Assembly: GCA_964016885.1 (NCBI GenBank)
Contig: OZ024741.1
Coordinates: forward strand, 204,290,001-204,354,000
From: Eledone cirrhosa
Taxonomy: Eukaryota
Direction: 5' to 3'
Length of the DNA stretch: 64,000 nucleotides
The notes under the pieces were generated by a model. It was given only the letters and a program-made list of their open reading frames with translations. It was not told the origin of the DNA and searched no databases. The position numbers and the translations under genes are program-made. Below are positions 39,940-53,699 of the stretch, one piece after another (the first letter of the stretch is position 1; each line of letters starts with the position of its first letter).

Positions 39940-42900
39940 TCTCTATATACATAAAACGGTAGATGTCTGTCTGTGTGTGTGTATGATTTTTATGCATTTC
40001 CACATTTCTCTACCGATTTTGATGAATTTTTTTCCAATGTGCTCCAAATTTACCAGGGCAGGTCAACACGTAATTATTTTTGCCAAAAATGTCCTCCTTC
40101 TATGAAAACAAATCGATAAAACTAAATACATGCTGTAACCCTCTCTCTTACATGCTTCATTCCTCTCACTACTACCATCAAAAATATATGAAACTACATA
40201 CATGCTGCAACTCTCTTTAAAAGGTTCATATTTTCCTCTACTCCACTCTCAATCTCCTCTGCAACTCTCTTTAAAAGGTTCGTCACTCTCTCTACTCCCC
40301 CTCAATCTCCTCTGCAACTCTCTTTAAAAGGTTACTGCCTCCGTCTACTACCCTATCAACATTACAATTTAGAACGACAAAACTTCTTTTGAAGGAACGC
40401 GATACAAACTTTGAAACCTAAGCAACACAACAACCATAGCTTTACTCTCTCTGACGCTCTTCACTCCCTATATGACAACACTGCAGTGGAGCGTTCCGTA
40501 TTGAGCGTTCCGTATTGGCATACGGCTTATCTGGGGCATTTTCAATCGGCTTATTGCTAATAATAACCCGCAATATAACACTTCATATAACAGATTAATG
40601 CTATAGACATATGAATCGGAATGTAACCCGTGAACTTTTTCCTGGGCAAAATTATTCGAACAGACATGACCTCATTGCCAGAGTGTTCAGACTGAAACTA
40701 GCTAAACTCATGGCTTTAATCAAAAAGGTCAGGAATTTGGGGCTGTAAAATGTGACATGTTCACCGTCGAATGGCAAAAACGAGGGCTGCTTCATGCTCA
40801 CATTTTTATTTGGTTAGCTGATAAAATTAATTCAAATGCCATAGACAGCTTCATTTCGGCTGAAATCCCTAACCCAGCAACTGACCAGGAATTACATGAC
40901 ATCGTCAAAGCTAACATGGTCCGTGTGCGTCGGGTCCTAATGAGCATCACACGTGTCTGAAAGGGGGGTCATGCAGTAAGGGATACCAAAAAGATTTGTT
41001 GGCGAGACTCAGACTGGTGACGATGGGTACCCCCTGTACAGGCGGAGACGGCCCGAGAACGGTGGCTTCACCACAACAGTAAAGGGAGGTCAAGTCCACA
41101 ATAGATGGGTGGTCCCTTACTGCCCGCTTCTCTTGAAGATGTTCAACGCCCACATCAACGTTGAGTTTTGCAACTCCGTCAAGTCTATAAAATACATATG
41201 CGAAAATGTAAATAAGGGCTCTGATGAGGTCACAGAATACCTGGCGGGGCGGTACATCAGTAGCAATGAAGCTTTTTGGCGCCTATTTGGTTTTCCCCTA
41301 CACCAACGGCACCCCGCCATCGTACAGCTTGCGGTACATTTGGAAAATGGGCAAAGGGTTTACTTTACGGACCAAACCGCCGCCAAGCTGGCCGCCGATC
41401 CGAAAGAGTCCACTCTGACATGTTTCTTCAAACTTTGCCAGTTCGATACATTTGCACAAACAATTGTGTACCCCCAGGTTCCATCCGACTTTATATGGTC
41501 GAAAAACACTTGGGTGCGAAGAAGGTCAGGTCAGGCTGTTGAAAGACATCCTGGTGTAACATTTGACAGCTGTCTTGGAAGGGTTTACACTGTGCCCCCA
41601 AGTCAGCATGAGTGCTTTCATCTCCGCCTTCTTCTGCATGAAGTTGTAGGCCCACAAAGTTTTCAAGGACCTCAACACTGTTGATGGAGAAATATGTGAT
41701 ACGTACCGGGGAGCCGGCTTTAAGCGTGGTCTTTTGGAAGATGTTTCGCAATGGGATTCCACTTTAGCAGAGGGTGCTTTGTTGAAATCACCTAAAGGTC
41801 TATGGGAACTCTTTGCCATTTTGCTTCAAAAGTGTGACTTGGGTGATCCCAAATCTTTATGGGTCAAGTACAGAGACTTCATGTCTGAGAATTTCCTGCG
41901 CCTGGCTCATCTGCAGTATCCTTCAGTGGAAGTTGCTTACAGCGGCATTATCTACAACAGGGCACTCATTGATATCGAGGACGCCCTCCTCGACATGGGT
42001 GGGAGTGAGTTGGCGACGTATGGCTTGCCGTCAACCGTCACAGATGAAGCTAACACGTTGGCCCCGGATTTGTTGCAGGAAACAGAATATGACATCGAAT
42101 CTCTTTCCCAATACTTAGAAGAAAATGAGCCCAAACGTCTGTCGGACCAAAGGTTGGCCTATTTAACTATCATTGACGCGGTTCAAAATCAGACTGGGGG
42201 TATTTACTTTCTCGATGCTCCTGGGGGTACCGGAAAAACTTTTGTAACAAAATTGATTCCCGCTAAGATTCGTCAGGAGAGAAAAATTGCGTTGGCCGTT
42301 GCATCATCCGGGATCGCTGCTACTTTGCTGCCGAGAGGCAGGACAGCACATTCAACCTTTAAACACCCCTTGGATTTAGTAAAAAAATGAGACACCAACA
42401 TGCAATATCAGCAAGAGCTCACACGAAGCTCTGGTTCTCAAAACATGTTGCCTCGTTGTTTGGGATTAGTGCACAATGGCACACAAGGGTGCCCTTGAGG
42501 CATTGGACAGGACCCTGAAAGACATTAAGGATTCTACGGGTCCTATGGGTGGCGTAACACTTCTGCTATCAGGGGATTTTCGGCAAACGCTGCCTGTCAT
42601 CCCCAAAGGGACAAGAGCTGATGAAGTGCGTGCCGGCCTTAAGTCGTCCACGTTGTGTCCTCGGGTGAAGACTTTGTACCTGAGCACAAATATGCATGCT
42701 CATTTGCATGGTGACAACATGTCTGCAGCATTTGCTCAGAACATTTTAGCACTTGGTGAGGGCAAGGTCCCTGCGGATGACAAGGGCGGCATAGCAATCG
42801 ACTCCCTGTGCAACATTGTGAGCAGCCCTTCTGACCTTTGGCAGGCAGTTTTTCCTAATGTCTCATCTAACTTTAAAAACTTCGATTGGCTCAGCGAAAG

Positions 42901-43823
42901 AGCCATCCTTGCTCCGAAAAATGCCATGGTTAATTTTATTAACGAGCAGCTGATTGAGAAAATTCCCGGTAAAGAGCACATTTTCAAATCTATCGACCGG
43001 ACGTCAGACCCCGACGATATCGTTAATTATCCGGTTGAGTTATTAAATTCCCTTGAGCCTCCAGGGCTCCCACCTCACATTCTTAAGCTTAGGATTGGCT
43101 GTCTCATTATGCTAATAAGGAACTTGCGCCCACCAAAGCAGTGCAACGGTACTCGCATGGTCGTCAAGTCAATGACGCCCCACTTGATTGAGGCCACCAT
43201 TGTAACGGGGTGCGGGAGAGGGGAGAATGTTTTCATTCCAAGGATGAACCTTTTCCCCTCGGCCTCAGATATCCCGTTCGATTTCCGGCGATCCCAATTC
43301 CCGATGAGACCATATTTTGTCATGTCCATTAACAAGTCACAAGGGCAAACATTGTCGGTGGCGGGCATCCATTTGGGGGAGCCATGCTTCTCCCATGGTC
43401 AACTTTACGTTGCTTGTTCCCACGTAGGGAGCAGGAATGCACTTTTTGCTTACACTCCTCAAGGGGTGACACGCAATATCGTCTACAAGGAGGTGCTATA
43501 GATGTTGGTGCAGGTGTTGGAGGTGTTGGAGCTATGCCGTCTGGAAAACTATTTCCTGGTAGGGTCACCTATGGTGGACAGATGTGACACCCAGCGGCAT
43601 CAGGGCCACCATCTTGCAACTTTGGTCTGCTAAATTCGCTATTGGAAGATTATTAACCCATCATTGATTGTCCAAAATGCTAATTGGTTCGTAACTTTTA
43701 ATAACCGGTTCAATTGCTTTATGCACTTAATCGATAACCTTATGCGCTTTCAAGCCACGTTTACCTGTATGTAACTTTTCATAGCAAAGGAATAAACCCG
43801 AGCAACGCCGGGCTAAACTGCTA

Positions 43824-43824
<1 letters not shown>
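39940..43824 (+). mobile_element. Helitron with both termini and a broken RepHel gene
   Basis: A|TC start and CCCGAGCAACGCCGGG hairpin plus CTAG|T end. Rep motifs VEWQKRGLLHAH, GYPLYRRR and HINVEFC. Pif1 motifs DAPGGTGKTF, GDFRQTLPV and INKSQGQTL. Confidence 0.95.
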
Positions 43825-43899
<75 letters not shown>

Positions 43900-44419
43900 C
43901 GAAATATTGTTAAGACAGTTACTTTTACATAATTGTTCCATTGCACAATATATATTTCAATGACAATGGTTATATCATTGACAGTCTTACGTGACTTCGT
44001 CAGATGCTCATACAATTCGAGCATCACACCAGCAGCATATCTGCATATCTGCATAACTATACCATTTAATTGATTGGCAATCGTTTCATTAAGGTGACTG
44101 TGATATTCCATTCCTGGTATAATAATATCTTCAGAATCAATTAAATACAAATAATATTTGCCATTACAAATTATTACAGATACCTGAAAAGTACAAACAA
44201 TTCAAATACTCTGAGTATTTAATTTGTTTATAACAGGAATGGATCTTCAATCAATTAAATGATTTAATTTAAATCCTTGTTAAACCTTATTCTATTATAT
44301 ATATATATGTATAACTACAATGATTTGAAATTTACCGATTAGATTAAGCTCTGGACTGTCTCTTACCTATTTATATGAACACAAATACTTGGGCATTCGT
44401 ATAGAGGTATCAGGGCAGT

Positions 44420-45193
44420 AAGAGGCTGACCATCGATCTCATACTCCTGCAGAACCTTCCATATCAGGTGCTGAGGAACGCGGTCGTATGCCTTTTCGAG
44501 GTCTACGAAACAAGAATATACCTCTTGGCAATACTCCCACGATTTCGGAATTTGCAGACGAATTGGTGTTATTTAACTCAAAAGAAGGTGATCTCCAACT
44601 TGCACTCGATAGATTTGATGCCGAGTGCTGCATGGCTGGAATGAAAATCAGTGCTAAGAAAACTGAGACACTCGTCTTCTCAAGGAGTGAACTCTACATG
44701 TGAATGGAGTTCCACTGAAGCAGGTGGAGATGTCAAGTATCTTGGTGTCATATTCACGAATAATGGAAGGCAGGAGGCCAACCCTTACCTATGGTCATAA
44801 TTCTTGGGTAATGACCGAAAGAATACGATCGCGAATACAAGCGGCCGAAGGGTCTTTAGAGTAACGTTATTCGATAGAGTGTGTAACTGGTAGATCAGAG
44901 ATTCCCTCCATGTAGAGCCGTTACTTCTCTGAATTGAGAGATCACAGCTTTGAAAACTATGGGCAGCTGGTTAGAATGTTTCAGGAAAGAATCGGTGGGC
45001 AGATTTTAGGGGCAAAACCAACCAACAGGAGACCCAGAGCAAGATGGTAGGTAACATCCAATAGCTTGTCTGGTTTCGCCTAGGGATCCAGATGGATCAG
45101 TTGGAAACGGTTGCTTCTGACAGTACCCACTGCAAGGAGTATTTGAGGATGCTTCCCCCATGACCTTCTCAGGAATAAGTGGGCGAAGAAGAT
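44420..45193 (+). mobile_element. RTE LINE 3' fragment with deletions
   Basis: FADELVL...GMKISAKKTE and SWVMTERIRSRIQAAE. A second copy lies at 52690-53085. Confidence 0.8.
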
Positions 45194-45229
45194 ATATGCA
45201 CACACACACACACATATATATATATACAT

Positions 45230-45300
45230 ATATCCGCCGCCTCTGCAGCCGAGATGCTGACTTTGACCCCTAGTCAGCCATTTCATCCGCAGAGGTTAAC

Positions 45301-45331
<31 letters not shown>

Positions 45332-47183
45332 ACACCTCGTCCACATCGCCCTCACTCGCGCCCGTGCTGTTCACCGCTACACCACGCTCACCCCACGCCA
45401 CCACACACCCACCCACCGTCTCCCCTTCCCCATCACCTACCACCCCTCCACCCTACCCCTCCACCGCACCATCCTCCGCCTCTTCCGACCCCTCCACCTC
45501 CCACATCTTCCCATCCCCACCACTCCCCTCCTTCAAACGCGCACGCAATCTCCGCACCCTTTCCCCCCTCTCCTGTTCCCTTCCTTGTTCCAGGCCTCGT
45601 TGCAACACCTGCCCCCACATCACCAACACCACCACCTTCCAGGGTCCCAACGGCCACTCTCTCTCTGTCCGGCATGCCTTCCGCTGCACCTCCTCCAACC
45701 TAGTCTATGGACTTCGCTGCACGGAGTGCAGCGCAACCTACGTCGGACAGACTGGACGTCGCCTGGCGGACCGTTTCACCGAACACCTCCGGGATATTCG
45801 TCTCGGCGGGAGTTCCCCCATCGCCCGCCACTTTGGCTCCCCTGTACATTCCGCGCACCACCTCACAGTCTGTGGCCTACTCCAATGCCACGGAACACCC
45901 GCCACCCGCCTCAGGGTCGAACAACGCACCATCTTCACCTACAGACCCACACTCCCCCCGGCCTGAACTCCCCACCCCTATTCCTTTAGCCTTCGACCAC
46001 CCTGTTCCCCCCCCCCCACACACACACACATATCCCCCACTAACACCACTAACACACTCCTCCTTTTCACCGCCCACCCCATAACTAACAATACTAACAC
46101 ACACACACACACCCCCGACCCCGACCCCAACTAACAATACTAACATCCCCCCCCCTATCACGCACACACCCACCGGTACATATATACACGCACTCACTAT
46201 CCACACACCCTACTACCGCCACTAACCCTCACCCACACATCCACTCCCACCACCCCACAACTAATACCACTAACATCCTCCCGACCCCACGCACACGAAC
46301 ACACACACCCACCCACACCCACTTGCACCACCCACTCTACACACCCTAACACCACTGACCCCCACTAACACACCCGCATTCAACCCTTTCCCCACCACCA
46401 GTATACTAACACCCACTAACACCCCCTTCACCACACACACACTCAGCCAAACACGCACACACACACCAGTACACTACACTCCCTCCACCGTCCCCCACAC
46501 CCTTTCTCTCCCTCTCCCCGCTCCACCCCACACCCTCACACACACATCCCACTAACACCTCTACTAATACACACCCCATCCCCCCGCACTCCACTTTTCA
46601 CACCTACCCACCCTCTCCCCTGTCCACCGCACCTCCGCACACACTGACACACTGACTTTCTCCACCTGCCATTCTCCTCTACTGCTGCTATGCCTTGACC
46701 CTCTGACCACTTCTCCGCACACACAGACACACAGCCCTCTCCACCTGTCATTCTCCTCTACCCTCCTCCTGCCTTGACCCTCTGACCACTTCCTGTTGCG
46801 CGCGCACCCCACATCTCCCCTCTTCCGACCAACACAACCACGGATTACACACCATTGGCCATCGTTCCCACTATCAACTCCATCACATGGAAAATATCCG
46901 GCATCTGACCACACCCGGAACTACCTTAGGAACTTACCCACGGACATACACTCACAAAAATCTTTTTTCTAACCACGCCACCTACATCCACAATACGTAT
47001 AAACACCACACACACGTGCGTACCCCCACATATATACACACTCAGTCTCCGGAATCCTCTCTCCCCTCTCCCACCCCTCTTACCCTCCCCATCCACACAC
47101 GCATACGCACACCGACCTACACCCCACCCCACACACACACCTTTTCCTGAACATGGAACCTCGTTCTTCCCCCAACTCACATT

Positions 47184-47216
<33 letters not shown>

Positions 47217-47620
47217 GTACACCTACACACATACACCACCTTCATCCCTCCCCGCTCGGACACCCCGCCTCCCTCTCCCCACTCCACCCACCACCACCCC
47301 TACACGCCCCACACCCTTCCACCACTTGTTTATCTTCATGTTTATTTTTATTTTTATTTTTTTTATATTTATTTTTTTATATTTATTTTTATTTGTACCC
47401 CTTCCACCGTTTTTCCTCCCTTTCCTCCCCCCATCCCGCCTTTTTTCTAAATGTCTCTCCTCCACTCCCCTACACACCCTCGGAACTCTCTTCCCACACA
47501 CTTTTCGCCTGAAGAAGGGCTTATGCCCGAAACGTCCCCCCCCCCCACTCTCAAGAGCGTGAAACTAATAAACCTTTGTTCGTACTGCCTCTCTGTTTTG
47601 TTCCCGTTCCATTTTTCACC
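45230..47620 (+). mobile_element. PLE: GIY-YIG ORF, C/A-rich spacer, pLTR with hammerhead and AATAAA
   Basis: CSRPRCNTC...CTSSNLVYGLRCTECSATYVGQTGRRLADRFTEH at 45364-45966. AATAAA at 47567-47572. Confidence 0.85.
47505..47540 (+). ncRNA. Minimal PLE-type hammerhead motif
   Basis: CTGAAGA-aGGGCttatGCCC-GAAA-CG-TC. The 3' strand of stem I is not evident. Confidence 0.7.
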
Positions 47621-47806
47621 ATATATATATATATATATGAATAAAGTTAGTCCTTCATCAGTGATCTTCCAACCATCATTGGTATTTCATCGCTTTAAAG
47701 ACCATATACCTCCGGTTGGTGCGAGCAACGGCTAAAAAAAGTCGTTGGGACATGTAAATAAAGGGGACACGAGTGTAAAATATATATATATATATATATA
47801 TATATT

Positions 47807-50170
47807 TAGAAGAATGGTATTAGTAGAGATAATAGTTGTTGTTGAAATAACAAGAATGGCTTTTGGGTTTATATACAAAGGTTTACTTCATTGAAGTAAA
47901 AAAAAGGACAATAAACATATTACCACTAGTTGTGAAGATTGACGATGTTATTAGTGTAGTTGGTTCTTGAGGCTGTTGGTAGTAAAAAGAGTTGCTCTTA
48001 ACATGTTCACTGGAGTAGGCTGGTATTTGCACTCCGCGTGTTGTCGGTGAAGGCTGAAGTGGAGAAGGCGAAGTCGCCTCCGTTCTCCAGGGCTGCTGCG
48101 GGTAAAAGAGAGGTAGAGCGCTCTCGCTGTCTCAATATACAGTCCCCATGAGGACGTAACTCCAATTACCTCTTGTGCTTGACACTAGGGGTCATTACAG
48201 TCCCCAAGGGACTTAACTCTCGTGAGTTCTGGATTTCACCACTAAGGGTCACTACAATATCCTCCTCCAGACGATAGGCGAAAAGCCCGAAGGTAATTGT
48301 AGCGAACCCGCAAGAATGGGATCCAAGCAAAGGTATGAAACAGCAAAAAATAAAAAGGTATATGCATACATAATACAAATAAAAATAAAAATAAAAAGGT
48401 ACATGCATACATAATACAAAGAAAAAGAAAAAAGAAAAGACTCCATAGTGGCCAGTTCATATAAAAAATGTCTGACAGAGTATTTTGGGCCAGTGAACTC
48501 TTCGACCGGAACGGGTCGTGGTCTTGTATGTAGGTGAAGGTGGGACAGAAGGAGCAGGTGTATGCACAATAAAGATTGGGGTATTTGTGGCTCAGGTGTA
48601 TGAGCGTCAGTGTATGCTCTTTTTACTCTATCCACCGAAATTGTCTCTCTGGATCTCTTAATGTCTACTGTGAAATGTTTGTCAGTATGTGCTAACACAC
48701 TGTAGGTTCCAGAGTACGGTTGTGTGAGGGGTTGACTAACCGCGTCTTTTCTGACAAAGACATGTGTCGGGACTGCACTTTTAATAGTTTGTTTCCTAGT
48801 ATCCATAGACGGTAAGTCCTGAAAATAGGAGCGCAAACGAGATACGTAGGAAAGAGGATCTTGAAAAGCAAGATCAACAGGGGCAAGGTTTGCCCAGGCA
48901 ACGCTAGAGGAGCCACCATACAATAATTCGGCCGGGGAGAACCTACTGAGAATTTTACTGATGACCGAATTCCTAATAGCACAATAGGAAGGTACTCGCT
49001 CCAACGTAGAGAGTCTGTATAGGCGCTAAGAGCGGCCTTTAATTGTCGGTGAAAACGTTCCACCATTCCGTTTGAAGCAGGATCATAAGATGTGGTCAGA
49101 ATGCGTTGAGCGCCAATAATTTTTGTCAGCTCTGAGAAAAGATGAGATTCAAATTGCCTACCACGGTATGTGGTAATTGTGGTTGGCAGGCCATAGTGGG
49201 CAATCCACCCTGATACCAGGGCACGCGCTATCGTCTCGGCGGTAATGTCCTTTAAGGAGATGGCTTCAGGCCATCGCGAAAAACGATCAATGCAGGTCAA
49301 AAGGTAAGAATATCCATTACTGAATGGCCAAGGTCCAACGATATCAATGTGGATGTGTTGAAAACGAGCATCTGGAGTACTGAAAGTACCAAGTGGAGTC
49401 CGGATGTGTCTGTGGACTTTAGATTTTTGACACTATATGCAGGAACGGCACCAGGTAGTAATTTCTCGCTTCATATTTGGCCAGAAAAATGTAGCCGTTA
49501 TGAGCTTTACTGTGGCTGAAATTCCTGGGTGAGAAATGCTGTGCAAAGAAAGGAACACAATTCGACGGTGAGTCTCGGGAACATAAGGTCGTGGTGAATC
49601 CGTAGATACATCGCAGAGAATCTGCCTGTCGGTAGTCGACAAGGACAGATATTTCAGGTTGCAAGTCGCAAATTCAGCTGATTGAGTATCCAACGATTCG
49701 AGTGCAGGCTGGTCTGCTGCCAAACGACTTAAATCTATCTCCTGGGATGACGGAATCGAGCTGATTGGCAAGCGTGACAGGGCGTCTGCAGCTGTATTTA
49801 GTGAACCAGTAATTGATTAGGCCTAGGAAGTGACGCAACTGGTGAAGTGTAGTAGGCGGAGGTAAATCCTGTATAGCCTTAACTCACTGCGGAAGGGGTC
49901 GAATACCCTCGGCGCTGATGATGTGACCTAAAAAATTCAGTGAAGCGGATCCGAAAACACACTTTGCGGGATTCACTCGAATGCGGTAATCCTGGAGTCG
50001 GCGAAATAAAAGGGTCAGGTGACGCATATGCTCTCTGGAGAGGAACTAGCGACGAGAAGATCATTTATATATGCATAAACGAAGTCCAGACCACGAGTGA
50101 CTTCGTCTATGAACCGCTGAAAAGTGCTAGCGGCATTCCTGAGTCCAAAAGGCATGGTTAAAAATTCGAA
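47807..50170 (-). mobile_element. Gypsy LTR retrotransposon remnant: RT fragment, integrase, polypurine tract (PPT) and 3' LTR
   Basis: MPFGLRNAASTFQRF (~50155), HSISHPG, CIDRFSRWPEA, GRQFES and NGMVERFHRQLK. Purine tract at ~48261-48269, then the LTR starts TGTAGTG at 48256. Confidence 0.9.
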
Positions 50171-50646
50171 GGATAGTGTATGAAGTGGAGGAGGGAGGTT
50201 ATAGAATAGGTAAATCGAATGAGAGTAGGAGACAATAAAAGATAATAGAAAGAAATAAAAAATATATAAAATTAGATAGTGAGAAATGAATTTAAAAAAT
50301 CACAATGCTATCTTACAATTACAGGTTAATAAGTTGAGTAACAAAACCGATACAAAATTAAAGGGCTCTTAACATATCTGCTATAAGTAGTTAGAAAAAC
50401 GTATTTGGCCAATTCTATCTTAAAATTACAGGGGTAGGGGAACTGATGCTACAGAGGTCCGATGGGCTGCATCGGGGTAGGCGAAAGGGGAAAAGTAGAC
50501 GAGGAAGAAAATAGGGGTGGAAGGAAGTGATAGGATGAGACAGGGGGAAGAAGACGACAAAGAGGAAAAGAAAAGAGATACATCTACCTATGTTAGCTGC
50601 GGTTTTCCCTAACTTATTCGGCAAGTGGGGGGTTATCAGCCCTTGT

Positions 50647-51285
50647 CTACCCACCCGGGTCGTTATGGGGTTTGAGGGCGAGGTAAGTCCTACGCAATCT
50701 GTGTTTGCATGCGGTTACCAGTTCGTCTTTCTTGTTTAGGAGTTGGTCCTTCGAAAACAACATTTGTAATGTTTCCTCCGAGCATAGGTTACACGGACGG
50801 CGTCCTCCCGTGTAAGAGTTAGCTCTGGACACTAAGCTCCAAGTGAGATTGTAGGTTATATTATTATCTTGGAGGTCCCAGATGTGGCCCGAAAGTGTAG
50901 TGGCATGTCGCCGGACCGGGTTTCGGAAAGTATGTCGGTGTTGGTAGAGCAGGGTCTTGAAGTCACACGCGGTTAATCCAGGCAAGTTCAGCCACCCCTA
51001 CCTCCCACCAAATGCCATGATAGACTTATTTGTGTTTACAACAAATTTTAACCAATCCTCTTGACAACTACAATCTTCCCATATAAGGAAGTACCCCCTT
51101 GACAAGTTCGGCTATTTATTCACCAGTCTAAAAATTCTAATTTAGTCCAGAAATAGCCGTCGAAACGGCTTGAGCTCTGCCGTCGGGGTCATACTTTTTC
51201 CTATTTCCCACCCACTCTACTACCCTAAGTATTGAGTACTCTGGTGCATTATGGTCCATCTGGTTCCTTACCACAATTCCTTTGT

Positions 51286-51287
<2 letters not shown>
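50647..51287 (-). mobile_element. PLE GIY-YIG C-terminus with an adjacent opposite-strand pLTR/hammerhead
   Basis: LSGHIWDL...CNLCSEE...LLNKKDELVTACKH. Plus strand ACCCC-cTTGACAA..CGGCTATTT..AAATAGCCG-tc-GAAA-CGGC..GCCG-TC-GGGGT at ~51094-51189. Confidence 0.8.
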
Positions 51288-51330
<43 letters not shown>

Positions 51331-51457
51331 CACGGGAATAAGATTCTATTCAAAACAGTGGTTATAGAGAAAAGATGTAATTGGAAATAGCACGGAAAAT
51401 ATATTTAAGGATCTGTTTTTCTTGTTTTCTTCTTTGATTCATCAAAGTGACATTATT

Positions 51458-51640
51458 GTGGATTGGCAGTATCGGTTGAGGGTCGGACGCCATGCCTTCC
51501 AGCATAGTTACCTCCCTTTACGATCTGAGTTCAAATCCCGCCAAGGTTGACTTTGCCTTTCATCCTTACGGGGTCGATAAAATAAAGTACCAGTAATGCA
51601 CTGGGTTATTGCTGGCCTTGTGCCTAAAGTAGAAACAATT
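51458..51640 (+). mobile_element. tRNA-derived SINE inserted into a pLTR-family copy
   Basis: A and B boxes plus the family core. The host repeat resumes after ATTATTG. Confidence 0.85.
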
Positions 51641-51764
51641 ATTGAAAAAATGAGAGGGACAAAAATTAAAGATTTAAAATTAAGTATTGAGGCAGGTTTG
51701 TTCATTTTTCTTGTTAAGAAGAAGACTGGATCTAAAATGGAATCTTATATATAGAGGTAGTCAC

Positions 51765-51818
<54 letters not shown>

Positions 51819-51820
51819 GG
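51765..51820. repeat. (AGT)n/(GGT)n microsatellite
   Basis: Direct reading. Confidence 0.9.
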
Positions 51821-52075
51821 TTGTGGTGTTGGTTGTGTTTTTTCAGAGAACAAAATTATTTTTAGGAAGAGGGAGATTTTCTGTAAATATGTGTGTGTAT
51901 CTCAATTGTGTTAATGGACTGGTCAAGAATTCAGATAGGAGTGGCAGGGACGGGATGGGTGAGAGAGATAAATGGGATTGGCAAAAGTAGGGTTGTAAAA
52001 GAAATTCTATTTTTGGAATATGGTTTTAGAGAATATTAGTGTGTATGTGTGAGAGTGTATATATAAAAATGCACG

Positions 52076-52137
<62 letters not shown>

Positions 52138-52344
52138 TGGTGGGAAATTAAAAAACAGAGCAAAGCATCAGTGATGGTTTTCAATCAGTAATTTTTTGAA
52201 AATATGTGTATGAGCAATTTCTTTTTTATTTCGTGGTGCGTGTGTGTATGAGAGAGAGGGAGAGAGAAAGAGAGAGAATCTAATGAGGGTTATTACATAT
52301 TTAATTTTGGTTTAAATCTGTTAGTAAATAGTATTTATTTATCT

Positions 52345-52690
52345 CAGGTACTGCAATGGGCACAAAGGTAGCCCCCACATACGCCAACTTAGTCATGGGA
52401 TTCCACGAACAAGAAATTTACAACCAATTCCTTCTATTATTCGGAGACTCTTTCGTTACACATCTCAAAAATAATTGGAAGAGATACCTAGACGGTTGCT
52501 TTATACTATGGCAGGAAAACATGAATACACTCACTAACCTGCCTCAACACTTAATTTTAAATCTTTAATTTTTAATTCTTTTTAATTGTAATACTCAACA
52601 TTTGATAAGATGGATTTCACTGATGCATCGAAACCGGTTATATTTTATATATTTTATATACATTATGAAACTTTTTTTACAAGAATTGTT
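52345..52690 (+). mobile_element. Internally deleted PLE: RT core joined to the 3' end
   Basis: GTAMGTKVAPTYANLVMG...WKRYLDG, then directly into the 38840-39100 family sequence. Confidence 0.8.
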
Positions 52691-53085
52691 TTGTAGACCT
52701 CGAAAAGGCATACGACCGCGTTCCAACTTGCATTCGATAGGTTTGATGCCGAGTGTTGCATGACTGGAATGAAAATCAGAAAATCAGTGCTATGAAAACT
52801 GAAACACTCGTCTTCTCAAGGAGTGAACTCTACATGTGAATGACGTTCCACTGGAGCAGGTGGATATGAGTAATGGAAGGCAGGAGGCTGAATTAAGTGC
52901 ACGAATTGCAGGAGCTGGTGCAGTAGTGAACCAACTTCTGCATTCGGTAATTGAAAAAAGGGAAGTAGGTATAAAAGCCAAACTCACCATCTTCAATTGG
53001 GTATTCGTGCTAACCCTTACCTATGGTCATGATTCTTGGGTAATGACCGAAAAAATACGATCGCGAATACAAGCGGCCGAAATAG
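52690..53085 (+). mobile_element. RTE LINE RT fragment
   Basis: CFVDLEKAYDRVP and LTYGHDSWVMTEKIRSRIQAAE. Confidence 0.8.
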
Positions 53086-53699
53086 GAAACTCTTTTTCAA
53101 GAACAAGGGGTGCAATTTCAAAACAATATTCGATTGCTAGGGGCTAGAATCTTTTAATCATGCATGTGTGTAGTATAAGTTAATGTGTGTGTGTGTGTGA
53201 CTTGAGTTGTAAGCTATTTGTTTCCTCTTAAAAACTGTCAAGTTTGTTACAATACGGAAAGGTAGTTTGCCCTTAAAAAACCAAGGGAGATAATTCTCAC
53301 TAGGAAATATTTTTTCTTCTCTTACAGAGTGGAGATTGTTCAGTGATAATGTGATTTTGTAAGGCTTAAACCTCTTTTTAAAAACTATTCTAATACTATC
53401 TTAAATTTTTTTACGCCAAATGAAGGTTGTTTAGTCAAGTTTAGATATAATTATTATGCATGTTAAGTGGTGTATAAGGTGTTTTGTAAACACATTTCAT
53501 ATAGCTGCCTAAAAAAAATTTAAAAAAACAAATTGCGTGTTAACTAGTGCGTAATGTAATTTTGTAAAACTTGTACATCTTTTCTTTTTTTTTAAATAAC
53601 TGAACCCCGAAACCTAAAGGTTTGGTGTTGTATAGTTATGGAAATGTATTCATGAGGCTGGTTGGTAAATGTGAAGATATGTGCTAACATGGATTGTAT

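Noticed and set aside
42476-43501. Host PIF1 helicase gene
   Set aside because: Intronless, frameshifted and enclosed by Helitron termini together with Rep motifs.
45179-47512. Pro/His-rich extensin-like ORFs
   Set aside because: Alternative frames of C-rich low-complexity PLE sequence.
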